DNA of 64,000 nucleotides, taken from an uncultured Methanosarcinaceae archaeon (GTDB lineage Archaea; Halobacteriota; Methanosarcinia; Methanosarcinales; Methanosarcinaceae). The DNA lies in assembly GCA_963847185.1 (NCBI GenBank), contig CAWJYV010000008.1:896001-960000 (forward strand), read 5' to 3'. The position numbers were made by a program, and so were the translations under genes. Each line of letters begins with the position of its first letter. The stretch's first letter is position 1. Shown here piece by piece: positions 48,515-58,806 of this stretch. The notes below the pieces were generated by a model. That model had not been told where the DNA came from, made no database searches, and was given only the letters and a program-made list of their open reading frames with translations.

Positions 48515-51382
48515 ATGACGAATAGGCTTTACAAGTATTATCCTGAGGATTTCGGGGAGCTTAATGTTGATGTTTTGCATATGGACCTGGTGTTTGATGT
48601 TTATGATGACAGGACGAATGTGAGGTCCGTACTCAGGGTGAGGACAAGGGACGAGCCTGTGGAGAGGCTGGAGTTGAACTGCAGGGACCTTGAGGTCCGG
48701 GCTGTGAGTTCCTTACACTCTGAGATTACTTACAAATACAGGCAACATGATTCGGTTCTTGAGATCGAGTTCAGGGAACCTGTTCAGCCGCATACCGAGG
48801 TTGCGGTTGTTACGGATACGGTTTGCAGGCCGACTAAAAACATCCTTGAGGGGCTGTATTATGATGAAACGCCGGCAGGGGCTCCTCCGCAGCAGATCAC
48901 GCAGTGCCAGCAGTGGGGGTTCCAGAAGATTGTGCCTTGCATTGACGATATGTGTGCAAAATGCACTTATAAGACTGCCATCATTGCGGATTCCAGGTAC
49001 ACGAACCTTATCACGAACGGGGACGTTGTGGTTGAGAGGCGTACCGTAAAGCCTGGAAGGGACAAAATTGTCTATGAAAACTCGGTAACTCCTATGGCAA
49101 CTTATCTCTTTTTCCTGGGCGTGGGGACTTATGCGACTTTTACAAGGGAGTTTGAATATCCTGATGTGGGGACTTTCATGCTCGAACTCCTCGTGCCGCC
49201 AGGGTCAAACGAAGGGGCTGCTGAAAAGGCGCTCGATATCCTGCATGATGCGGTAATGTGGGTCTATATCTTTACAGGGCCTGAGCAGTTCGATGAAAAG
49301 AAGCTGCATGTAAGAAAAGAGCTCTGGGAGCTTGTACGCTTACGGGAACAGATGAAGCTTGAGGCAAAATCCGAATCCGCGGTGGAAGAGCTCGGAAGGC
49401 TCAGGGAAGAGCTTGCCAGGCTCGCCAATAAAATCACTCCCGGATACAAGTACACGGGAACTGTCTACAGGGAAATAGGGATGCAGAACTCGGACTTCGG
49501 GGGCATGGAAAACGTGGGGAATACCACGATTACCACAAACCGCATAATGCCTTTCCCGCAGATCACTGACCCTGCTTTTGAATACATGATCAGGGTCAAG
49601 GTTCACGAATATTTCCACAACCAGAACGGGTCTGAGGTGACCGGAAAAAGTCCCTTTGAAATCTGGCTGAACGAAGCTGTGACCGTGCACGTGGAAGAGC
49701 AGTACCATGCTTTCCTTTTCGGGGAAGACTACCAGAGGCTCGGCAGGGTGCTTGACCTGCTTGCTCCTGCCTCAGGCACTTTTGCCCTGGATTCGGGAGC
49801 AGCCTCCATGCCAATTATCCCTGACGGCTTCAATGACCCAAATGACCTGATCACCGCAGTCACCTATGTAAAATCCCCTGAATACGCACGCATGGTAGAG
49901 ACCCTTATAGGAAAGGATACCTTTGCAAAGGGCCTGGACCGCTATTTCAGGAAATTCAGGCACTCCAACGCAGGTACGCAGGACTGGATCGAAGCCATGG
50001 AAGAAGAAAGCGGGCAGCCCTTAAAGGAGATGTCCGAGACCTGGCTTAAACAGACAAAGTTCCCTGTAGTCGAGGTTTCAGCCGAATACGACAGGGCTGA
50101 GAGGAAATTTACTCTCCTCCTCAAACAGAAGGTGCCTGCAGACGGAAAGCCCTGGGAGTTCCCCTTTAAAGCAGCCCTCGTTGACGAAGATGGAAATGAC
50201 CTCGCAGAAATTCTGGAATGGGTCAGCGGGGAAACTGCCACGATTACAGTTGAAAATGTGAATATCCCGGCTTTCCTCTCCCTGAACAGAGGCTATTCTT
50301 TCTATGGTAAACTCATCTACAGGGCAAGCCAGGACGAGCTCCTGACGCAGGTAAAGAAAGACAGCGATATCACAGGCAGGTTTACGGCTTTCTATACCCT
50401 GGTTGACAGGGAAAAGCTCAGGCTCCTTAAAAATCCTGAGTCCAGGCCTTCCGAAGAGTTTATTGAGCTCTACTACAGGCTCTCCAACGACCGCCAGCTT
50501 CTCGAAAAGGCAGGCGGGCAGTTCCTTACAATCTTTGAGTCCGTAGAAGATGAGGAATTTTCCCATCATTACCAGGCCCTCTATGAAGTAAAACAGAAAC
50601 TTCTGAAGGCAGTTGCCTGGAAATACAGAAGCTCGGTAATCTCTGCCTACCGTTTCTTTGAAGGCTCCTCTGTCCCGAGGGATTCCACTCTCGAAGAAAC
50701 AGCAAGGGTAATCAAGACCAGACAGGCCAAAAACGTCTGTCTTAACATCCTTGCAACTCTCGATACCCCGGACATTCATGCCCTCATAAAACAGCAGTTT
50801 GAGACCGCAACCTGTGCAACCGACAGGCTGAGCGCCTTTGCCGCATACCTGAACAGTTCAGCACCTGACAAAATTGAAGTCCTTAGAGCCTTTGAAGCGG
50901 AGTCCAAGCAGAATCTTATTGCCTGGGAAGCCTTCCTTGCAGTAATAGGAAACAACAGCAGTATTGATGCAGTTGAACTCGTCAGGGAAATGGAAAGGTC
51001 AGCTGCCTTCAGGATCGAGCAGACAAATGACCAGAGGGCTCTTTACGGCAGCTTTGCCAGGAACCGCAAAAAATGTCTCCAGACCGAAGGAGGCAGGGCT
51101 CTCTTTGCGGAAATCCTTAAGAAGCTGGCTACTGTAAACGAATACAGTACTGTCAATCTGCTCAATGCCTTTGCAAACATAGACCAGATGGAATCAAAGT
51201 ATCACATTCCACTGGTAAAAATTCTGGCAGACCTTCTTGGAGAACTGGATTCTCAAAAGTTCCCGAGTGTCTATAACAGGATAAGAAAACTCCTTCTTGG
51301 GGCTCCGAAAGCTGTCAAAACATACGGAATAGAACATGGAGAAATCAAAGCTCTGCAGCTTGAAAAACCGGGAAAGAAATAA
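48515..51382 (+). CDS. pepN: M1-family aminopeptidase N (PepN-like, with DUF3458-type C-terminus)
   Basis: TQCQ..GF, GGMEN, HEYFH...WLNE zinc motif, VTY.K. Confidence 0.9.
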   Translation: MTNRLYKYYPEDFGELNVDVLHMDLVFDVYDDRTNVRSVLRVRTRDEPVERLELNCRDLEVRAVSSLHSEITYKYRQHDSVLEIEFREPVQPHTEVAVVTDTVCRPTKNILEGLYYDETPAGAPPQQITQCQQWGFQKIVPCIDDMCAKCTYKTAIIADSRYTNLITNGDVVVERRTVKPGRDKIVYENSVTPMATYLFFLGVGTYATFTREFEYPDVGTFMLELLVPPGSNEGAAEKALDILHDAVMWVYIFTGPEQFDEKKLHVRKELWELVRLREQMKLEAKSESAVEELGRLREELARLANKITPGYKYTGTVYREIGMQNSDFGGMENVGNTTITTNRIMPFPQITDPAFEYMIRVKVHEYFHNQNGSEVTGKSPFEIWLNEAVTVHVEEQYHAFLFGEDYQRLGRVLDLLAPASGTFALDSGAASMPIIPDGFNDPNDLITAVTYVKSPEYARMVETLIGKDTFAKGLDRYFRKFRHSNAGTQDWIEAMEEESGQPLKEMSETWLKQTKFPVVEVSAEYDRAERKFTLLLKQKVPADGKPWEFPFKAALVDEDGNDLAEILEWVSGETATITVENVNIPAFLSLNRGYSFYGKLIYRASQDELLTQVKKDSDITGRFTAFYTLVDREKLRLLKNPESRPSEEFIELYYRLSNDRQLLEKAGGQFLTIFESVEDEEFSHHYQALYEVKQKLLKAVAWKYRSSVISAYRFFEGSSVPRDSTLEETARVIKTRQAKNVCLNILATLDTPDIHALIKQQFETATCATDRLSAFAAYLNSSAPDKIEVLRAFEAESKQNLIAWEAFLAVIGNNSSIDAVELVREMERSAAFRIEQTNDQRALYGSFARNRKKCLQTEGGRALFAEILKKLATVNEYSTVNLLNAFANIDQMESKYHIPLVKILADLLGELDSQKFPSVYNRIRKLLLGAPKAVKTYGIEHGEIKALQLEKPGKK

Positions 51383-51460
51383 CATTTTTCGAAGAATCAG
51401 GTTATTCGGAACAGTCAGTTCGGAAAACCGAGAAATCTGAAAATGATAAGATAATCCGAC

Positions 51461-51520
51461 CCGGAAGGATTCGGAAATAATTCTATCCTTCCGGAAATCT
51501 GCTTTTTTGCACTTTTTTAT
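51461..51520 (+). terminator. Hairpin plus T-tracts after pepN
   Basis: CCGGAAGGAT...ATCCTTCCGG 10-bp stem followed by T runs. Confidence 0.6.
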
Positions 51521-51533
51521 TGAGGTTTAGATA

Positions 51534-51622
51534 CTTCTGATTCTTTTGCTTCTAATTCTTTTGCTTCTAATTCTTTTGCTTCTGATTCTTTTGCTTCTGA
51601 TTCTTTTGCTTCTGATTCTTTT
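51534..51622. repeat. 15-bp tandem repeat (CTTCTRATTCTTTTG), about 6 copies
   Basis: Visible directly; gives the KRIRS repeats in an antisense ORF. Confidence 0.9.
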
Positions 51623-51741
51623 AGGAAGAATATTTATTCTGGGAACAATAAATGTTATAAATGTTATTCGGGGCTTTTTACCGGATTTCAACATTCTGCT
51701 TTTAAGGGGGCGGTAAAAGGATATTTCAGTATTTCGAAGGC

Positions 51742-52053
51742 TTGTTGGTTGATACATTCTCTTTTCTGTTCAATGTTGTTGGCTCTCTTCTCATAATTTA
51801 TGGTGGCCTCAGATCAATGTCAGGGGTTATTCTTATTGAAGTTTTTAAGAAACCTTACAGCTATCAGCAGGTAAGAAAAGAGCTTACAAACAAAATCGTC
51901 TTTGGTCTTGAGTTTTTCATTGCGGCCGATGTCCTTGAAACCGTACTTAATCCGTCTCAGGAAGAACTGTTCCTGCTGGGTACGGTCGTGTTGATAAGAA
52001 CAATTCTTGGATATTTCCTCAGCAAAGAAGTTTCGGAATACCAGCTTGATTGA
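51742..52053 (+). CDS. DUF1622-family membrane protein
   Basis: R..L...I.FGLEFFIAADVLETV..PS..EL..LG..V.IRT.L.YFL.KE signature. Confidence 0.85.
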   Translation: MLVDTFSFLFNVVGSLLIIYGGLRSMSGVILIEVFKKPYSYQQVRKELTNKIVFGLEFFIAADVLETVLNPSQEELFLLGTVVLIRTILGYFLSKEVSEYQLD

Positions 52054-52535
52054 AACACGGTAGAAAAACTGAAATCCTGCAAGAAACCTGACTTTCCAGT
52101 GTTATTTTTAACGCCGGGTATTTTTCCCTTCATACCTTTGTCTCCGCAAAATAATTCAAAAGCTTTCGTATCAAATTCTCACATCTTCTCTATTCTCTTC
52201 ATGCCCTTTTGGAAATGGATGAATCTGCTGTCAGATATACCCGATATCTCTTTGCTGCGGAACTATTATAAAGCCTGAATTCAGTACAATTCTAAAAAAT
52301 AGTATGATTTAAAAGCAATTAAAGTGTAAGGATACAAAATATTATTAAACTCCAATATTATACTAATCCGAAATCCATATTGTGCTGACCTGAACTCCGG
52401 GTTGTATTTAGCTTGTATTAATAAACCAATAACAAACCTAATATGAAATCGGGTAATAAATCCTAAAATATAGTTAGCTGTTACTCAAACCCGGTATTCA
52501 AGTAATTCAATATCATCAGAAACAGGAGCAATTTA

Positions 52536-53753
52536 ATGTATCATCTGAAATGTATCGAATGCGGTGCAGAGTATTCAAAAGATGAAGTAATCTATACCTG
52601 CAGCAAGTGTGACGGGCTGCTTGATGTTATTTACGATTATTCTTCAATTAAACTTGATATGGAAAAACTGAAGACCGAATGTCCCTCGGTCTGGAAGTAC
52701 GCAAAACTTCTTCCTGTAGAAAGGGAGCCTGTAACCATCAGGGAAGGTGGGACTCCTCTTTATAAATGCGACCGGCTTGCCGAAAAAATCGGGATTAAAG
52801 AGCTCTACGTAAAGCACGAAGGTATGAATCCTACCGGTTCTTTCAAAGACAGGGGAATGACTGTAGGAGTTACGAAAGCCCTTGAACTCGGCATGAATAC
52901 CGTTGCCTGTGCATCTACCGGAAATACCTCTGCAGCCCTTGCTATCTATGGAGCAAAAGCCGGAATTCCTGTGATCGTCCTGCTTCCTGCAGGAAAAGTA
53001 GCCCTCGGAAAGGTGGCCCAGGCTCTGATGCATGGAGCAAAAGTTCTCAGCATCCGCGGAAACTTTGATGATGCGCTTGACCTTGTGCGTACTCTCTGTT
53101 CCCAGGAAAAGATCTACCTCCTGAATTCAATTAACCCTTACAGGCTGGAAGGCCAGAAGACTATAGGTTTTGAGATTGCAGACCAGCTTGGCTTTAAGGT
53201 GCCTGACAGGATTGTCCTGCCCGTAGGAAATGCAGGAAACATTACTGCAATTTATAAAGGCTTCAGAGAGTTTAAGAAGCTCGGAATAACGGATTCTCTT
53301 CCAAAAATGACCGGAATCCAGGCGGAAGGCTCCTGCCCTATCGTGAAAGCTATAAAAAGCGGAGCTCCGGCAATCACTCCTGAAGATCACCCTGAAACTG
53401 TTGCAACTGCGATCAGAATTGGAAACCCTGTAAACGCTGTAAAAGCTCTCAATGCAATCAGGGAGTCCGGAGGGACTGCAGAATCCGTAACCGACGAAGA
53501 AATCCTTGCAGCCCAGAAAGACCTGGCAAGGCTTGAAGGCATAGGAGTTGAGCCTGCAAGTGCAGCATCTGTTGCAGGGCTTAAGAAACTTGTTGACATG
53601 GGCGTTATTGGTAAAGATGAAACCGTTGTCTGCATTACCACCGGGCACCTCCTTAAAGATCCCCAGGCTGTTATTGATGTCTGTGAGGAGCCTACTGTTG
53701 TGGATGCGAATATCGAAGCCATCAGGGAAGCCATTTTCGGAAAAGCTAAATAA
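52536..53753 (+). CDS. thrC: Threonine synthase
   Basis: N-terminal Zn ribbon, EGGTPL, NPTGSFKDRG (PLP lysine), CASTGNTS, NSINPYRLEGQKT, VEPASA, TGHLLKD. Confidence 0.96.
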   Translation: MYHLKCIECGAEYSKDEVIYTCSKCDGLLDVIYDYSSIKLDMEKLKTECPSVWKYAKLLPVEREPVTIREGGTPLYKCDRLAEKIGIKELYVKHEGMNPTGSFKDRGMTVGVTKALELGMNTVACASTGNTSAALAIYGAKAGIPVIVLLPAGKVALGKVAQALMHGAKVLSIRGNFDDALDLVRTLCSQEKIYLLNSINPYRLEGQKTIGFEIADQLGFKVPDRIVLPVGNAGNITAIYKGFREFKKLGITDSLPKMTGIQAEGSCPIVKAIKSGAPAITPEDHPETVATAIRIGNPVNAVKALNAIRESGGTAESVTDEEILAAQKDLARLEGIGVEPASAASVAGLKKLVDMGVIGKDETVVCITTGHLLKDPQAVIDVCEEPTVVDANIEAIREAIFGKAK

Positions 53754-53838
53754 AACCGAAATCAGAAGAAAAATATTTACGTGTCGGAGCCGTAAACAGT
53801 TGAAAGACTTATCTTAAATCACTAAAATTAAACAGCTG

Positions 53839-53946
53839 ATACTTGAGTCACTAATAAACTACTTGAGTCATTAATAAACTGATCTCGAGTTAATGATATT
53901 TAAACAACTGATGTCGAGTTAATGATATTTTTACAGCGGATATCGA
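53839..53946. repeat. Degenerate tandem repeats (20-bp x2, then ~29-bp x2)
   Basis: TACTTGAGTCAYTAATAAAC twice; TGATSTCGAGTTAATGATATTT twice. Confidence 0.6.
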
Positions 53947-54130
53947 ACTACTGATACTGAAGTATTAATAATCTCCAGTTTAATGCTGTCAAAGGTTTCC
54001 GACACTTCAATCAGTTCAGGTTTCTTTAAGTCAGCAATTGGCTTCCTGAAACTTCTTTACTCTTATTATTAAGATCCTTTGAATTGGATTCAGATTCTTT
54101 TATCATACTCATATGTGGGCGTGAACACGA

Positions 54131-57034
54131 ATGGAGCAGGACTATAAACCTCATGAAATTGAAAAGAAATGGCAAAAAAACTGGAATGAAAGCCGAATTT
54201 TCCAGCCTGAGCCCGATAAGCGGGAGAAGTTTTTCATTACAATCCCTTACCCCTACCTGAACGGGAACCTGCACGCAGGACATACCCGGACCTTTACTAT
54301 AGGCGATGTCGTAGCAAGGCACAAAAGAATGCTTGGCTATAACGTGCTCTACCCCATGGGCTTTCACGTAACGGGCACACCTATTGTCGGGCTTGCCGAG
54401 CTGATCGCTAGCAGGGATCCCCAGACAATGGATGTCTATGAACGCCTCCACGGAATCCCGGCCGACATCCTGCCAACCCTCAATACTCCAGAAAAAATTG
54501 TTGACTATTTCAAGGTTGAAGCCGAAAAAGCCATGCGCATGATAGGTTACTCCATTGACTGGAGACGCAAATTCACAACAACGGACCCTACATACAAAAA
54601 ATTCATTTCGTGGCAGTACATCCGCCTTGAGGAAAAAGACTTGATTGTCAAAGGTTCTCACCCTGTAAAATGGTGTCCCAATGACAATAACCCCGTAGAA
54701 GATCACGACATCCTGCACGGGGAAGAAGCCACGATTGTCGAATATACCCTGATCAAGTTCAGGCACAAAGACATAGTTCTCCCCTGTGCAACCCTGAGGC
54801 CGGAAACAACATTCGGAGTTACTAATCTCTGGGTCAATCCCGATGTTGATTATGTAAAGGCAAGAGTTGAAAAAGACGGATACGAGGAATTCTGGGTTGT
54901 CAGCAGGGATGCTTTCAGAAAACTCACATTTACTGACCGCACGGTCGAATATATTGAGGATGTACCTGCAAAATCCATTATAGGCATCAAACTCACAAAC
55001 CCGGTAACCGGAGACGAAATAATTTCCCTTCCTGCGTCCTTCGTCAGGCCTGAAAACGGAAGCGGAATTGTTATGAGCGTGCCTGCACATGCACCCTTTG
55101 ACTACCTGGCTCTCCGGGACCTCTACGATGCTGACCTGAGTGAATACGGAATTTCCGAAGACCTCCGAAATATTCAGCTGATTTCTCTCATCAAGGTGTC
55201 TGAGTTTGGGGAATTCCCTGCAAAAGAAATTGTGGAAAGCATGGGAATAACAAGCCAGAATGACCCTAAAGCCGAGGAAGCCACAAAAATCGTATACAGA
55301 AGAGAATTTCACGGTGGAGTTCTTAAGGAACTTACAGGCAAATACGAAGGATATGCGGTTCCTAAAATTAAGGACATTCTTACCAGAGACTTCATCAGCT
55401 CAAACGCAGGAGAAACCTTCTATGAATTCAGCGAACCCGTGGTTTGCCGCTGCGGAACTCCCTGTGTTGTGAACATGGTAAAAGGCCAGTGGTTCCTTAA
55501 TTACTCTGATCCTGAATGGAAAGCAAAGGTTTACAGATGCCTTAGCCAGATGCGGATCATCCCCGAAGAGTACAGGGTTGAGTTCGAAAACAAGGTCGAC
55601 TGGCTCAAGGATAAAGCCTGTGCCCGCAGAAAAGGTCTTGGAACCCGTCTGCCCTTTGATAAGGAATGGCTGATCGAGTCCCTCGGAGATTCGACAATTT
55701 ACATGTGTTATTACATTATTGCCAAGTTTATCGAGAGAGGCGACATTTCCGAAGAACAGCTTACCCTTTCGTTCTTTGACTATATCCTGTTTGGAAAAGG
55801 CAATTCTGAAACAGTTTTTGCAGAGACTGGTTTGAGTTCCGAAATTCTGGACGAGATTCGCAGTGACTTTAGCTACTGGTATCCTGTTGACCTGCGTTCT
55901 TCAGGAAAAGACCTTGTCCCTAACCACCTGCTTTTCTTCCTCTTCCACCATGTTGCCCTCTTTGAAGAGGAAAAGTGGCCAAGAGCGCTTGCGGTAAACG
56001 GCTTCGTCTCTCTTGAAGGACAGAAGATGAGCAAATCCAAAGGGCCAATCCTTACTCTGGAAAGCGCGGTCAGCAGTTACGGTGCGGACATAACAAGGAT
56101 GTACATCCTCTCCACAGCCGAGCAGACACAGGACGCAGACTGGCAGAAGGCAGGAATCGACTCAGCCAGAAGGCAGATGGACAGGTTCTATTCCTTTGCA
56201 AAGGATGTTATTGAGAGTGGAAAGCGTGCAAATCTCGGCACTGAACTCAAGCAGATTGACCGCTGGATGCTCTCAAGGATGCAGAACTATATCAGGGAGA
56301 CAAATATTTCTCTTGACTTCATCCAGACAAGGGAAGCCATCCAGAATTCTTTCTTCCTGCTCATAAACGATGTAAAATGGTACCAGAGAAGAGGTGGAAA
56401 TGCCCTGCTCTACTACGTGCTGGACAACTGGGTCAGGCTTATGACTCCTTTTACTCCTCATCTCTGTGAGGAAATCTGGGAGGCTATGGGTCACGAAGAT
56501 CCGATCTCTCTTGCCCAGTACCCTCTCTATAACGAAGACCTTATAGACAACAGTGCGGAACTTGCCGAGGAAATGATTAAGGGTACTCTGGAAGATATTG
56601 AAGAGATAATCAGGGTAACAAAGATGACACCGCAGAAAGTCCATCTCTACACAGCCCCTCTCTGGAAAGTTGATGTCGTTAGATGCGCCTGTAGTATGCA
56701 GTCAGAAGCCTCCCTTGAAGTAGGCAGCCTTATTAAAGCTCTGATGGCAGATCCTGCCCTGAAACGCTTTGGAAAAGATATCCCGAAGTTCGTTCAGAAA
56801 ATCATCCCGGAGTTCAAAAGCGGAGGCGCTGAGAAGTATGAAATCTTTGCGGGTACTGGTCTTGATGAACAGACCTTTCTGAGAGAGTCTACCTCTTTCC
56901 TCGAAAAGGAAATTGGTTGCCATGTTGAGATCTACAGCGCAGATTCTCCAGCCTACGACCCTGAGAAAAAGTCCAGGTTTGCAGAACCTCTGAGGCCTGC
57001 AATTTATATTGAACAGGCGAAGAAAGAAGAGTGA
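54131..57034 (+). CDS. leuS: Leucine--tRNA ligase (archaeal type)
   Basis: PYPYLNGNLHAGH, ATLRPET, VMSVPAHAPFD, IESLGDSTIY, SGKDL..NHL, KMSKS, C-terminal P.RPAIY. Confidence 0.97.
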   Translation: MEQDYKPHEIEKKWQKNWNESRIFQPEPDKREKFFITIPYPYLNGNLHAGHTRTFTIGDVVARHKRMLGYNVLYPMGFHVTGTPIVGLAELIASRDPQTMDVYERLHGIPADILPTLNTPEKIVDYFKVEAEKAMRMIGYSIDWRRKFTTTDPTYKKFISWQYIRLEEKDLIVKGSHPVKWCPNDNNPVEDHDILHGEEATIVEYTLIKFRHKDIVLPCATLRPETTFGVTNLWVNPDVDYVKARVEKDGYEEFWVVSRDAFRKLTFTDRTVEYIEDVPAKSIIGIKLTNPVTGDEIISLPASFVRPENGSGIVMSVPAHAPFDYLALRDLYDADLSEYGISEDLRNIQLISLIKVSEFGEFPAKEIVESMGITSQNDPKAEEATKIVYRREFHGGVLKELTGKYEGYAVPKIKDILTRDFISSNAGETFYEFSEPVVCRCGTPCVVNMVKGQWFLNYSDPEWKAKVYRCLSQMRIIPEEYRVEFENKVDWLKDKACARRKGLGTRLPFDKEWLIESLGDSTIYMCYYIIAKFIERGDISEEQLTLSFFDYILFGKGNSETVFAETGLSSEILDEIRSDFSYWYPVDLRSSGKDLVPNHLLFFLFHHVALFEEEKWPRALAVNGFVSLEGQKMSKSKGPILTLESAVSSYGADITRMYILSTAEQTQDADWQKAGIDSARRQMDRFYSFAKDVIESGKRANLGTELKQIDRWMLSRMQNYIRETNISLDFIQTREAIQNSFFLLINDVKWYQRRGGNALLYYVLDNWVRLMTPFTPHLCEEIWEAMGHEDPISLAQYPLYNEDLIDNSAELAEEMIKGTLEDIEEIIRVTKMTPQKVHLYTAPLWKVDVVRCACSMQSEASLEVGSLIKALMADPALKRFGKDIPKFVQKIIPEFKSGGAEKYEIFAGTGLDEQTFLRESTSFLEKEIGCHVEIYSADSPAYDPEKKSRFAEPLRPAIYIEQAKKEE

Positions 57035-57128
57035 GTGTGGAACAAATAGTGAGTGAAAAGTCATAAAGAGTCAATTAAATGAATAAACAACTAACGAGAT
57101 TAAAAGAAGCTGTTGCGGCTTCTTGACT

Positions 57129-57227
57129 TTTTAGTTTTTGTCTATCTTTTAGTTTTTGTCTATCTTTTAGTTTTTGTCTATCTTTTAGTTTTTGTCTATC
57201 TTTTAGTTTTTGTCTATCTTTTAGTTT
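57129..57227. repeat. 18-bp tandem repeat TTAGTTTTTGTCTATCTT, about 5 copies
   Basis: Visible directly, downstream of leuS; T-rich. Confidence 0.9.
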
Positions 57228-57438
57228 CACTTCTTTTTCTTTCATATAATTTTTACAGCCCCCTCGTTTTGCAATTACTGATTTTTTTTCTTACTGTGTT
57301 ATTTTTCTGTTTCCGTTTCTGCATCTCCTTTTTCACTTCTATATTTCACATTAGGTCAACATCTCGCTCAGACAATCGGCAGATTTTATAACTGGGAAAA
57401 TTATATGTATAATTTAGGAAGTAGGGAAGGAGAAAAAA

Positions 57439-58077
57439 TTGATACTCGAAAGTCTCGGATTTTTCATCTATGCATTCACCTCTATCTTTGTGATCGTCGA
57501 CCCTGTAAGTGGGGCAGTGTCTTTCATTTCCCTTACAAGCGGGATGACATGTGAGGAAAAAAACAGAATAGCAAAAAAAGCAGTCTCACTGGCATGTTTC
57601 ATTGCTCTTTCTTTTGCAATCACAGGAAGCTTGATACTTGACCTGTTCAACATTAGTGTTGACGCACTACGGATTGTAGGAGGACTCCTGCTTTTCACCA
57701 TTGCTTTTGATATGATGCATGCTAAGGTTTCAAGGGAAAGTATTACCGCAGAAGAGATTTCTCAATCCCAGGAACGTGATGACATCTGGATCTTTCCTAT
57801 AGGTCTCCCGCTTCTGACAGGCCCTGGTACTATCAGTACGGCAATTGTCCTTATGGGGGGAACAGAAAACTTCGTTCAAAAAATAATGGTTCTTATAGCA
57901 ATTATACTGACATTCGTTATTGGTCTATATATCTTCCTTTTCTCAAGAAGGATTCACAAATTTATCGGATATAACGGAATGCTTGTCTTCACAAGACTAA
58001 TGGGACTTTTACTTGGGGCTATTGCAGTAGACCTGGCGGCTACAGGTATTATAAATATATTCAAGTTGGGAAATTGA
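57439..58077 (+). CDS. MarC-family integral membrane protein
   Basis: IFVIVDP, G..IL..F.IS..ALRI.GG, FPIGLPLLTGPG, RLMGLLL. Confidence 0.9.
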   Translation: MILESLGFFIYAFTSIFVIVDPVSGAVSFISLTSGMTCEEKNRIAKKAVSLACFIALSFAITGSLILDLFNISVDALRIVGGLLLFTIAFDMMHAKVSRESITAEEISQSQERDDIWIFPIGLPLLTGPGTISTAIVLMGGTENFVQKIMVLIAIILTFVIGLYIFLFSRRIHKFIGYNGMLVFTRLMGLLLGAIAVDLAATGIINIFKLGN

Positions 58078-58173
58078 AACCGTCATGCTACAGGCATTAT
58101 AAATATATTCAATTTGGGAAATCGAAACATCATTCTGGATATATTGAAACAATCATTCTGGATATATTGGAAC
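58039..58173. repeat. Direct duplication of the marC 3' end (42 bp, period 48) followed by a ~22-bp duplicate
   Basis: GCTACAGGYATTATAAATATATTCAAKTTGGGAAATYGAAAC at 58039 and 58087; ATCATTCTGGATATATTG twice. Confidence 0.75.
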
Positions 58174-58677
58174 TAAAACTAAGTGTTGAAATGGATGGTT
58201 AACTGAATAAGGAAATATTCATAAGAATCCTAAAAGCCTGCTTTTGACACATAGTTCTTTTTCTCTCATTTATTTTTTTCTTACTACTTTTATAACTTTT
58301 TTGCTGCTTAATCTGAACAGGCTTCGTATCATATTTAAACATAATTTTCGTGATTTATCTTCTTTTAAGGAATTATACAGGTTGCTGTTTCTAGTTTAGT
58401 TTCATGAGTAACTGAAACTCGTTTTCTGAATCCATGAGAATTAGATTAATCCTATATTCTTAAACCATGTCCAAATGTAAAATTTCACTTATTTTTTCCC
58501 AATACCTTTTGGAGGTGAAATTACTTTAAATATCCATTTATGGAGCTATCGACGGTATTTTAGTGGATTTTTATAAGAAATGGAGGGTTAATAGCAGGTG
58601 AGATATCTTCCTTAGATATATTATTCCTTAGTCTAGATTTTTTATCGCAATTTGCTGATTTTCATTCTTTGTTTTTA

Positions 58678-58747
58678 GTTTCACACGTAACTATTATATA
58701 TCTTATGAAACGATTAGGCGTTTAATCGGTTTCATATGTAACTATTA
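58678..58747 (+). promoter_or_regulatory. Candidate MarR operators (GTTTC-N4-GTAACTATTA x2) flanking a TATA box
   Basis: GTTTCACACGTAACTATTA (58678) and GTTTCATATGTAACTATTA (58729), with TTATATA overlapping the first; third copy GTTTCATGAGTAACT at 58399. Confidence 0.65.
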
Positions 58748-58806
58748 CTTTAATAGATTATATTTCAATACAAGTTACCTGATTCATAAAAAATGAAGGA
58801 TGGAAT

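Noticed and set aside
51527-51757. ORF with KRIRS repeats
   Set aside because: Artefact of a 15-bp tandem repeat.
53839-53946. Possible CRISPR mini-array
   Set aside because: Units are adjacent and degenerate, with no unique spacers and no cas genes in the window.
54026-55312. 428-aa antisense ORF opposite leuS
   Set aside because: Shadow of a codon-biased housekeeping gene; no recognisable motifs.
57113-57391. Hydrophobic ORF with LLVFVY repeats
   Set aside because: Artefact of an 18-bp T-rich tandem repeat; TTG start with no SD.
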